This document shows positions 13,422 through 23,700 of a stretch of 64,000 nt of DNA, in pieces. Location: NCBI GenBank assembly GCA_977030845.1, contig OZ365110.1, forward strand, positions 36,084,001 through 36,148,000. The letters are read 5' to 3'. The notes beneath the pieces are model-generated. The model was not told the DNA's origin and did not search any database. It worked only from the letters and a program-made list of their open reading frames with translations. Both the position numbers and the translations under genes were made by a program. The number at the start of each line of letters is the position of its first letter. The stretch's first letter is position 1. This DNA comes from Fimbriosthenelais zetlandica (taxonomy: Eukaryota).

Positions 13422-16400
13422 GGGTATGAAAGCATGTCAGATTATATCTTGGACGTTGTTCTATTGTAGGCCTACTACTAGGTACCAGTATGTATGTATA
13501 TTTAACCAATTGTTTACCATATATATTGTCCACCGCCACCACCACAGTGCCACCACTACAACGTTACGTAATTTTGAATGGCACCTTATCCTTTCAATGA
13601 ATTGATCGATTGAAAAGTTCCCTCCATGATCCAATAGGCCATTTACCACCACATACTCACCTGGCATGTAATGAATCAGTAAAGAACATTATGTTTGTAA
13701 TAAAATATTTATTTTGTCACCAAGAGTGTCCTGCAGTATAAATCTGTTGTGTAGTTTTGTAATCAAACAAACAATGATGGTCAGAATTGTTGATTCCCGC
13801 AGCACATACATGTATACATTATGTCTCGAGAGTTGTTTAATCATTGAAATATACCACAATGCATTGACCCCAGAATCCTTATACTATTAACTACACACCA
13901 ACAAATGGCTGAAGATTGCCATTGAGTTAAGGATTTACAGGCACACTATTTTCTGTATAAGATCATTAGGGCCAGCTTGGGTCCAAACTGCAATATCGGC
14001 TGAGGCAATAACTCGTATACAACATTATCCTTATCATTCAAAAGTACAAAGCTACATAAGTATCAGGTCAATCAGATGCTGTCCACATTAACTAACTACG
14101 AATAATGTTCAGGCATATTATGTATACCTACTGACACTGTTTTATTTAATTGATTCAACTGTTAGCAAGTTAAGGGAACATGTTGACACTATGAATTCTA
14201 ATAATAAATTATTTCCATATCACTTTCCAATCCATTTTATGAATACAGATCATTTCGAAGTCTGTTGTTATTGACGATTGGGACCGGAAGTTCGTCCTAG
14301 CTGAAGATTCTTTTGTATGAATCATTGTGCAAAATCACGAAGAGGCACGTCTTGTGTTTAACTCAAGAGGCATTAACGTACACAGTTGGATATAATGTGG
14401 GTGCTATAGGAAAACCAGGAATCATCTATTTGAGTTTAACTATAGCATCGTTCCAAAACAGACGGCAGATAACCACAATCCTTACGTGGATGTTTGCCGG
14501 TGACTTCATAGATCTTGGACTGGATTATCATTGCTTTTATATAATGAATACACTAGTGGTCATTGCAACAGCAGAGGGAATTCACATCAGGAATTTTTAA
14601 ATAATTTAATCAGACATAAAGGACGTGAAACAAGTAAGTTTTTCAATACCAAATTAGCAGGAAGAGTATTCCCCAACCTTGGCATGTTTGTGCAAACAAT
14701 GGCCCCTCTTTCACTCGGAAAAGTATTAGTCCATAATAATGTAACAAATAAACAGATTCTGATGTCCACAGAACGTACAAGTCATACTTATGTATGATAA
14801 GTCAAACAATCCTGTAACTGGCCCCAACGGAGCATTAGCAGAAAATAGAAGTCATTTAATATAGCAATAATAAAAACATTAACCTCTTAAAGTGATAGAA
14901 ATGCCACGATCCTAAGATTTCAAAAAGATTTATCATGGATTTCTACTTTTATTTCCATACATGTTGTTCTTGCTCTCATTCGCTGACAAAAGCACACACA
15001 TAATGCATAATTATGTTAGAAAAGCAGTCATAATGTGTGGTGTTCAATGCGTTTTGTTAACCTTGTTATGAAAACAGTGTTATTCTGGAAAATGATATAA
15101 AGTTACTTAATTGCCTAAAACAGGTTTCACGCCTTCAGACACCTTCAAACTAATTTCGAAGGAATACATCACAGGATTTCTTCATAAAATTCAGTTAGAC
15201 TCAGTGGAAGGACTAGGTGCAATGACTTACAGTACGATGTGATATTGCTAAATAGATAATATATCTAATAGATATCACAATGTAGGTTCCACTGCATTTT
15301 CTTCCACAGATACACGACAAAAATGCTGAGTCAGGAAAGGCATTCAGATACTATATCCCATTTCAGTAATTGTAATAAAAGGCTTTTTGTATTCACAGAA
15401 AAACACACAAATACAAAAGAGATCAGCATTTCAATGCATTTAAGATGTTTAAGGCTTCAAATGAGACCCAGAGCGATCCAGTTCCTGAGCTATATTCTGT
15501 TCTTTTCTTTGTGATGCAGAGATTTGGACTTTTCTTTAAAACAGAAATAGGTCGATATTCCTGATGGTACTCTACTCAAAATTATCTATTATTTTCACTT
15601 TTCCGGATCTGCAAAATGTATTATTTGTAGTAAATTTATGATCGAAAAAAAGATTGGGATTAACGATGTTCTTGTCCGATTCTTGCAGGCCTGACCAAAA
15701 CGCTGTGCAAATAGGAATTGTCCATCTTTAGAGTCATTCATTTCTGCGTTTTAAATATACATAGCTAATACTGCATGAGAGAGTATGACATTTTGGACTC
15801 CAGGATTTCATTTTATTGAGAAAGCTGCATATTAATTGATGTAATTCCTATTAAGACAGTGGGCGTAAAAATGTGATTTGATGTATTTCAAACACTGTCT
15901 CACATCATCTGTATAGGATATGGACGCCGTCCTCTTAATCAAGAGGTGTCTTCTTTGCACGTCTCGACTCCAATATTAAACTTATATATGACGATGGAAG
16001 GTACCAAAGGCAATACTTTTTGGACCCACTGACTGATCATCACAAGCCATCTCATTCAAGAGATCTTTCTCCATTGGAACAGGATGTTCATGAACGGATC
16101 CTTTTCATTGCATTTGAAAGTTGAAATAATAATCTTGGTGGGAGACTGAACCTTAGAAAAGTTGAAAATGCTAAATGAAATAGGGAAGTAATTACCCTTA
16201 AAATGAGAGTGATTCATTGGCAGTACGGGGATGAGATCAAAGAGAGTGTTATTTTATGAATTGTTATATTTTATCCCTTGACAGGGAGTGGGACATGCTA
16301 AAAATCATTACAATCTGATTTACATTTCCTTTCCTATTCTGGATGGTTTTCTTCATGAATTGCACTATAGAGCTGCACCACAGTATATTCTTTTTTTCAA

Positions 16401-16973
16401 ATCCTGGCAATAAGATATCCTCTTCTTTCTCGGTTTCTTGTCTTTAATCCTTCCTCGAGAGAAGCTTTCATTTCTTTTCTTGGGTGGCAAAAACAGATGT
16501 GACCAAAATAAGATCACTTTCGAAAAACCAATTGATTTAATCCTAGTTTTTAACCAGCAGAGGGAGACATTCCATATAGATAGACACTCTCTGCATACGT
16601 TATGGTATGAAGTACAGATTCCTTAATATGCACATTAATATAAACACTGACACAGTTAATACAAATCCATGCTGGTTCTTATTGCCCAGTAGCCGGAACG
16701 ACTGACAGTAGATTCAAAATGGCCTTCAGTCCCTCTGTATAGATCTACAGAGAGCAAACCGTTTCCCGACAAGTCCTGAAGTAATCCGATTCGTACGTTT
16801 TTTTGGAAAAGATGTCCACGAAGTCACTGTTAATAAAGTTCAGTAGTAGCCATTCATAAATTTAAGCAGAATCTTATGGTTCAATCTTATGGTTTGTTCA
16901 GAACGTTCTAGTGATTTTGAACATTTATTTTCTTCTATCATGCTCGAACCAGATATGTGAATCTTACCATCAT

Positions 16974-16979
16974 TTTATT
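16974..16979 (-). promoter_or_regulatory. Possible polyadenylation signal AATAAA
   Basis: AATAAA on the minus strand about 100 nt past the stop. The hexamer is common in AT-rich DNA, so support is weak. Confidence 0.2.
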
Positions 16980-17075
16980 ATCATTGTAAAACTTGAAAGC
17001 CGCCATCTTTGCTAAAATCGGGATAAGGGGAGGCCATTTCGATCGGAACTGACTGTGGCTGGGCAAAAGCCATTC

Positions 17076-17645
17076 TCATACCCATCCATCGTGAGGTTTC
17101 CTTGTGGTGGGATAAAATGAATAATTAGGATAGTTTCCTTGACTGGAGGCGTATATGAGATAGTCCTGGTAATTGGGACCAGGAGGGAACATAGACCTTC
17201 CTGGGAAGTTCGAGTTATGGCCACCAGAGCTTAAGCTTGGCTGTGCCTGTTGGGAAGGCATTGTATTGTTGAAGTACATGGGTTTACCACTGGAGGAGTG
17301 CATGTAGCTGGTAGATAAAGGTGGTGAGGAGATCCTGTAGTTATCAGTATGTACACTTGGTGGGGACTGGTGGGGAGGAGGAGGGCCTAATGGCGATGGG
17401 TCGGTCCTCCAAGAGGACCTATTTTTCCACGCTTGTTGCGGGGGAGGAGGGAGAGGGGCAAATGCAGCAGCAGTTGTAGCAGGCTGCGAAGTCCTTGTGC
17501 TGAAACTTTGTACATTTCCAATGCCAGCACTAATGATTTGATTTCCTGTATTGACAGGAGTTGGAGGCTTTATGGGCAGCACCGGTGTTTGGTTAGCAGC
17601 TTTTTTCTTTCTTACCTTGGGTGAACAAATTTTGATGAAAAGTGC
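17076..17645 (-). CDS. ADAM10: ADAM10 terminal exon E13 (end of TM ALFIKICS, then a Pro/Ser-rich cytoplasmic tail ending HDGWV*)
   Basis: FIKICS matches the ADAM10 juxtamembrane sequence. Acceptor ttcttcccttcag|GCA. 570-nt stop-free frame (ORF 17076..17672). The 3' extent is less certain because of an internal donor at 17616/17615. Confidence 0.8.
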   Translation of the reverse strand, partial: ALFIKICSPKVRKKKAANQTPVLPIKPPTPVNTGNQIISAGIGNVQSFSTRTSQPATTAAAFAPLPPPPQQAWKNRSSWRTDPSPLGPPPPHQSPPSVHTDNYRISSPPLSTSYMHSSSGKPMYFNNTMPSQQAQPSLSSGGHNSNFPGRSMFPPGPNYQDYLIYASSQGNYPNYSFYPTTRKPHDGWV

Positions 17646-17926
17646 CTGAAGGGAAGAAAAAATTATAGTCATATTATATAGATAGTCATATTAAAAGATA
17701 TATACCTACTTAGAAACTGATTGTTTATAGATTAGACATTGCAACTATTGAAAGTTGTATTTCTGGCCTGTAGGATACGACTATAATAAGAGTATCCATG
17801 GTGAGAAAGTATTAAGAAACAAATTCTAGTCATGATTTATTGGAAAGTGTGCCTAGTGTGTTGTTTGATTCTGATGGAGCTTCCATTGACAATTTACATG
17901 CACAGAAACGTACTTACCAAGCTCAC

Positions 17927-18061
17927 AATCAAGATGATGAAGCCTAGCATAGCACTGAGTAAAATGTACCAATTCCTAACGATCCAGTTTTTCATGGCAC
18001 CAAGTCCTTCTGAACTGAAGAGTAACTTCTTCAGGTTTGCAAGAGGCCCTTCAGGATCCAC
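17927..18061 (-). CDS. ADAM10: ADAM10 exon E12 (VDPEGPLANLKKLLFS...NWYILLSAMLGFIILI; membrane-proximal region and most of the TM helix); alternative end at 17918
   Basis: VDPxGPLAxLKKL motif. Acceptor ctccttcag|GTG. Donors ATT|gtgagc (17927) or TTG|gtaagt (17918), both phase 0. Confidence 0.9.
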
Positions 18062-18272
18062 CTGAAGGAGTCATATTGTTAAGGGGTCAGCAAATATAGG
18101 CATTACTGTGTGGATGATTCAATGATATCTTTATTCTCCGTAGACTTTTATTTTGTTAAAACTAACTAATGATGAACCCTTTCCCTTCTCGACAGAGGAA
18201 TCTTTGACGCTCCAGGCGATTGGGTTTAGAGGAGGGAATTGTCTGTCATAGGGACGAGTGCTCGTCTATATT

Positions 18273-18462
18273 CTACGATCTACCTACGATCTGCTTGAAC
18301 ATGTTCAAAATAAGAACGTAGAGTTTTCTGATCCATGAAAAAAACGCAGAGCACACAGGAACATGATCGTAGGGTCATTCCACATACATTTTCAGTGGGT
18401 TCATTCCACATACTTTTTTTTGTAATTGTATCGTAAAGAAGAAGATTGTAGGGAGATCGTAG
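18273..18462. mobile_element. MITE-like element (190 bp) in intron E11-E12
   Basis: 20-bp inverted repeat ctacgatctacctacgatct / agattgtagggagatcgtag (18/20 match). Internal direct repeat tcattccacatac x2. Confidence 0.65.
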
Positions 18463-18655
18463 CTCAGTGGGTTCAGGCCCTGATCAAAATTGGATATTCT
18501 TGAAAGTACTGCGTGTTCTGAATTAATTGCCTTGTATTGGCCGTTACTTGACCAGATGATCAGTGGCTGGTAGGAATAATTGGTGGGGCATTAATTAGTT
18601 GTTGTGGTCAAGGTGCCTATATAGAGCGGGATCTATATGTTGATATGTAACTTAC

Positions 18656-18770
18656 CTCTCTACATTTATGTAATACATCACAGTATCCCTTATAATTATT
18701 GCAGGGCATCCCTGGTTTCGCCATCAAGTCTGGTACATCATAAGGCCGTATATTCCACACAAAAGACGAG
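18656..18770 (-). CDS. ADAM10: ADAM10 exon E11 (SSFVWNIRPYDVPDLMAKPGMPCNNYKGYCDVLHKCRE); not in the ORF track
   Basis: PGxPCNxYxGYCDVxxKCR motif by hand translation. Acceptor tcattactag|C, donor GAG|gtaagt. 115 nt, phase 2 to 0. Confidence 0.95.
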
Positions 18771-18842
18771 CTAGTAATGACAAGGACACTTCATTATAGA
18801 GCAAATAACTGATAAAACAGCTGCATAAGTTTGAAACCTGCG

Positions 18843-18933
18843 TCACACTGTCCCGATTTTTACAGCATTCGTGAGGGCCATCGACCATCGAATGGACATA
18901 CGATGGTCACACGACAAAATCGGGACAGTGTGA
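18843..18933. mobile_element. Miniature palindromic/MITE-like element (91 bp) in intron E10-E11
   Basis: Perfect 18-bp inverted repeat tcacactgtcccgatttt / aaaatcgggacagtgtga, plus an inner gaccatcg / cgatggtc pair. Confidence 0.7.
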
Positions 18934-19020
18934 GGTAGGCATTAGAAAATAGAGCGTAAATATTAGGCATTATCATATAAATTGAAAAAAATAGCTGATA
19001 ATAGTGTGTTGTGTACGTAC

Positions 19021-19154
19021 AGGCAGGGGTAGCCATCTCCAGGTTGCTTACAGCATAACTTACAGAGGTCAGGGTGATCAAAATCACTCGGATCATCTGG
19101 TTCACACTGGCATGATTCTAATTCATAAGCCATACAGATCGATCCAGTACATTC
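19021..19154 (-). CDS. ADAM10: ADAM10 exon E10 (Cys-rich, ECTGSICMAYELESCQC...LCKLCCKQPGDGYPCL)
   Basis: Kuz motif ECTGSICLAYGLESCQC. Acceptor tcatcgttgcag|GAA, donor CCT|gtacgt. 134 nt, phase 0 to 2. Confidence 0.95.
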
Positions 19155-19248
19155 CTGCAACGATGAGCAAAACAGATTATCTTTCTTTCTAGTAAAAAAA
19201 TAACTATGTTATTCTAGGTTTTGTCAGTTTAGAAGAAAGATGGCTGAC

Positions 19249-19330
19249 CCCTTGGTAGCAGACGTATCCGTCATCACAGAAGGATCTATCCCGCTTTTGT
19301 CTCGAGAACGGACAGGCTGGGCCTGTACCA
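19249..19330 (-). CDS. ADAM10: ADAM10 exon E9 (GTGPACPFSRQKRDRSFCDDGYVCYQG)
   Basis: Aligns to Kuz DGxxPxCP...CxxxxVCYxG. Begins after ...ttgtttAC|T, donor GGG|gtcagc. 82 nt, phase 2 to 0. Confidence 0.92.
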
Positions 19331-19582
19331 GTAAACAATGTTAAGGTAGTCAACATGATAGCTTTTCCTTCTAGAGATCTCAACATTTACTGTGCAATAT
19401 TTATTCTATACGATGTAATCTTTACTAATTTAAGAGTCAGATTGAAAAGAAAGAGTAGCTATATTGAAGGCTCAATTAAGATCCACTTTAAGATCAGATA
19501 TCGTGTTGAATTAATAATAATATTCGAACCCAGACTAATTTCCTCGTTATTTAAATGCAGGAAAGATTAAAAGAAAGGATAT
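19331..19582 (-). other. U12-type (minor spliceosome) AT-AC intron, 252 nt
   Basis: Minus strand begins ATATCCTTT. Branch-site-like ACCTTAAC at 19347-19340, about 10 nt before the terminal AC (19332-19331). No polypyrimidine tract. The junction GA|T restores the FCDG motif in frame. Confidence 0.92.
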
Positions 19583-19687
19583 TCGCAGAAGGCAGCACTC
19601 TTGCACGCAGTTGGTTCGCGGCAAGTTTTGTTCATCGCAGGACCGATAATCTGGCAGTAATCTGTGCAGCAAGGCCCTTCACTTGGA
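19583..19687 (-). CDS. ADAM10: ADAM10 exon E8 (disintegrin, PSEGPCCTDYCQIIGPAMNKTCREPTACKSAAFCD)
   Basis: CSPSxGPCC motif. Acceptor tctcttacag|T. Ends at TGCGA|atatccttt (U12 donor). 105 nt, phase 2 to 2. Confidence 0.94.
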
Positions 19688-19965
19688 CTGTAAGAGAATA
19701 ACCATGCAAAGTTGAAATTATTGATTCGAATGAAGCAATTATTGTTGTCTATTACTATAGTGAATAGGGACAACCAGTTACTGTAGATCTATTTTTCACT
19801 TATTCTCAAATGATCTATATTCGCTTTTGCCAACGCTTATGACAATGACGAAATAACTTTCTTCTTACAAGCTTTTGATTCATGTACACAGGAGATCCAA
19901 TTCTCAAGTGAGTGATCTTAATCAGGGGCTTGTTTCATATACAAAAAGATTTGCGATTCTAGTAC

Positions 19966-20125
19966 CTGCAAGATGCCGCCGGACGCCGGGTACACGGTCT
20001 TTCTCGGATGAGCTCGTTGGATGTTTGCGGGTAGCAGCATTGGTCAGCACATTCATCCTCCCAACCACAATCACACTCCTCTCCCGCCTCCACCACCTCA
20101 TTACCACATATTGATGTGGTAGGGG
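19966..20125 (-). CDS. ADAM10: ADAM10 exon E7 (disintegrin start, APTTSICGNEVVEAGEECDCGWEDECADQCCYP...CS)
   Basis: CGNxVVExGEECDCG motif. Acceptor ttttattctcag|CC, donor TGCAG|gtact. 160 nt, phase 1 to 2. Confidence 0.96.
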
Positions 20126-20599
20126 CTGAGAATAAAAAAGGTTAGACAGGTAATTAGTCCACATCTTCCTATAGGACTCCACTCTAAACATTAGTTACTA
20201 CCAGCAATCGGATAAAAGAAGTTGGGTGCGCTGCCTGTGTATTCTCTTGGGAAATTCCAGTCTTTACATATATAACCTTACTAGGCCTACTTGTTCACGA
20301 AGCCTACCGTACATTATAATAGGCATTTAAATTTACATAATTATTATTGAAATCAATTGTAATTGCAAATTAATTCAAAATTCATAAACCATTATCATAT
20401 TACAATGACAGATAATATCACCAATTTTTTTTAAAATCCTTTGCTGGATCATCATCTAGTTGAAATACCTTCTAAAAATTAATGACTCATTTTAAATTTA
20501 TTTCTTACTAATTGAATGTCAGACCCATGTACTGGCAACCACAAATTAAAGTCACATAACAGTGTGTAACCAGGATGTAGATTGTTATTAGTGGCTCAC

Positions 20600-20774
20600 C
20601 AATAAAGCATCCAGAGGAATGCCTGGCCTTGGCCTCCATCACTGTTGCCATGCTGGCTTTACTGCAGGCTGAAAATTTGTTGTTGTTTGGCTTGTCGCCG
20701 GAGGTCGCTCGAGCAAACATGATATAGTTCCCAGGTTCCCCGCCAGGCGAACATTCAGACGTTTCTGGATCATG
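20600..20774 (-). CDS. ADAM10: ADAM10 exon E6 (third Zn ligand and Met-turn, HDPETSECSPGGEPGNYIMFARATSGDKPNNNKFSACS...GCFI)
   Basis: ADAM10 signature GNYIMFARATSGDKxNNNKFS. Acceptor ttcttcctccag|CAT, donor ATTG|gtgagc. 175 nt, phase 0 to 1. Confidence 0.97.
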
Positions 20775-23700
20775 CTGGAGGAAGAAAAATGGGAAATTGC
20801 GTTATATGGGGAATATCAATCTGCAGGCTAATATTCATCTTTATTGCAGTGTTTATCGGAAAAGGCCCATATTTGTGAGGTGATCGCTAAAAGAGGGCCA
20901 GTCATATTCGGCCTGCATGGAAGAAACGGCCATTTCTACACAGGGCCCCATGACTAAGTGTATGGTGGGATTGACTGGGCAGGTTATTCATGAATGTTTA
21001 CGTGCGTTTCGACCCTTTCTCCCTGGAGCTCAATGAGGCTATACATTCCTATCAGAATTAATTTATAAATGTCTGCTTAGATGAGTCACAAGTGAAAAAG
21101 TAAGAAGCAAATAATTCAAGATTTATTATAGAAGGTTTGTTGTGCATATTGAAATCAGCCAGCTATCGTATTATCACGGCAGTTATTGTCGTTTGCACTT
21201 AAAAGTATTAACAAACTCAAATGCACAAAATGCTAAATTCGAAAAAAGCATGTGTTCCCTAGTTGCCTTTATACAGATACAGAACAGTGAGGATTGACGT
21301 CCCCCAGTCTCCTTTATACACTTTGTATAAGGCCGACTTAACCATTGAAAATAAAGCACTCGCATTTCGTTTTCGTGCATTATTGTCTCTTGCTGGGCTA
21401 GGAACCTGCCTTGCTAGGAACCCCAGACTGCAACCATGACAAATGGAGTTTAATGAGGTCATACATGAATTACTATCATAATTTGCAGTGGAAAGAAAGT
21501 AAAAAACAAAAATTACAAAATTAGAAATTACAAAAACATTTTTTCGTGGCCACAAGGCCTGATCCCCCACCATTAAAAACACGGATCCGTCTCTGAAACG
21601 CTAAAAATATATATATATCAATATTATGGTTATACTTGATCCTTAAATAGAAATTTAATTTCATTAGTTTGGGGTCGAGTCACCTGCTCCGTCCAACTCA
21701 GGCGTAGAGCATTGCATGATCACGACTGGGAGGCAGGAAAAAATGATGAAAGCATCAGCCAAGCCTCAGACATAATTGATCTCTCGACCAAAATCATTAT
21801 ATTCACTCGACAGACGTCTGGGCTTTTGATCCCAAGTATAGAAAGATGGGCACTGAGGGTTGATGGGAGAGTCAGGAAGCACTCAGATCTAAAGCAGGCA
21901 CCTATATATGCTTATTCTAGTCCCTCACTAACAGTCCCTTTTGAAGCATTTCCCTAGCTGCTTGTAGAAAGTGCCAATTGCATGACATTGCTAGGTCAAA
22001 TTGCAATTTCACATTTAATACTACAGAACATGCCTCTTCCCAGGGGTTTTCATCAGTAAAAAGAATATCAATTTCTATCTGGTATTTCACTGTCCTTGCT
22101 TTTGGCAAAAAAACATACCCCTTTGTCTTTGAAATTGGGAACATCACAGGAACTGTACCCATATTGGTTTTGAGTGCCCGGTCCGTGTATAGGGGAGGAG
22201 GGGTTTGGTGGATTGGGGGGGGGGTATAGAAGAGCAGTATCTGAGGACTAATGACTGGTTATCTCCCCGACTTTCTTTCTTTCTTCTATAATAATGCTGT
22301 ATAAACATCTTGAACAAAAAAGACCCAACCCCCACCCGACACAAAAGGTGGAACCTTTCTAGTACTTGGTTGTGCCAACTGTAGTTGTTTCTTAATGTAC
22401 CTCCAGACAGTCAGATAATGGGAGGCGTCAAGCTTCTAAGACATGGCATGTATAAATAGTGCTTAGCACCAGTCCTCAGGGGATCGGGGCGTCGCCTAAT
22501 AGAAGCAAAATGTTTTGAATTTGAAGATTGAAGTCACAAATGATTGATCGGGGACTAACGTTTGCATGTCTAAACGTGCAAAAGATAATGATAGATCGCA
22601 AATGATTGGTTCTCCGTGTCTGAAGAGAGAAAGGAACACCCTATCATAAAATCAATGAACATTTTTAGAAGACTGCAGCTGGGTTGATGTCAGGCGATCG
22701 ATAACATATAGTAAGTTTAGAATTGCGTATACAGTGTACCGCCAGCGGTGATTCAAAGAGAAGTTAAACGATAAACCTCCCAATGGATTATTCAAAAGCT
22801 AGCAAGCTGTTGTAGTATGCTTTAATCTAGCAATGACATGTTATTGAAAATGACTTTTAAGTACCCCGCCGAATCAATAGGCGACTGACATGGGTCATCT
22901 GGTACATCCCTGCTTCAAATCACTCAACAAAGAGGATGGATTAATAGAGCAGAATAGACAGGCTAATTGGATGTTTGGGTTCTTGTACCAAAGTGTAGGC
23001 TTAATAGTTAACACGAGGCTGGTTAGGGATTCCTTAATATTTAATAACAGGGATTACTCATACTCATATTGACTATTATTACTACATGAATTTCTCACTG
23101 TACAGAATATTTGTTTCAATTAATCAATATTAAATAATTGCAAGAACCCATGGAAGGCTTGTGAATGAAATATTATTTAATTTACAATTGATTTATATAG
23201 CTGAGAAATATATAGCCTAAATTAAATGTCCATCATGATAAAACCTTGTTGAGACCTTAGAACAGAATTGCTTTTAAAACATTTTAACAGTGATGGCATA
23301 TAGAAGGAGCAGAAGGTAAGAAGCAGGCTTAGTGAAGCAAGCCAGTGTAGCCATAGTGGGCGGCCCCAATATTGGCGCTGGTCTCAGGTTGTTGCTGGGT
23401 CCAGATGGATTGTGGCAGGATCCGTCCAGAGACAAAGGCGACTAATTACAGTGTTCAGGCAAGAAGCCACTGGGCCTGAGGATAGCTTGCTACTCTATGC
23501 ATACCAATGTTGGCTTCAGCAGGTGATGGGCTGCCTTGTGGCTCTCTGTCTAACTCAGAGCAACTCGGGTCTAGAGGCTTAACAATTGGCTCCCCGCCTA
23601 TCAACCTATAGATCTGTGCAGTGGGAAGCCAGGCCTAGGAGAAAAGTAATTATCTTTGCTAGGAGAGGGGCATACATTCTACCCAGACATTTTAGCTAGG

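Noticed and set aside
14313-14797. ORFs faintly resembling GPCR TM1-TM3 (IGKPGII..., ILMSTER)
   Set aside because: The GN, LAxxD and DRY/ERY motifs are not properly present or spaced, and the reading is split over two frames.
18458-18485. tagctcagtgg resembling a tRNA/SINE A-box
   Set aside because: No B-box or cloverleaf follows; it overlaps the end of the MITE-like arm.
20995-21050. Minus-strand gggtcGAAACGC resembling a hammerhead 3' half
   Set aside because: The 5' core reads ctcattga and stem II does not pair.
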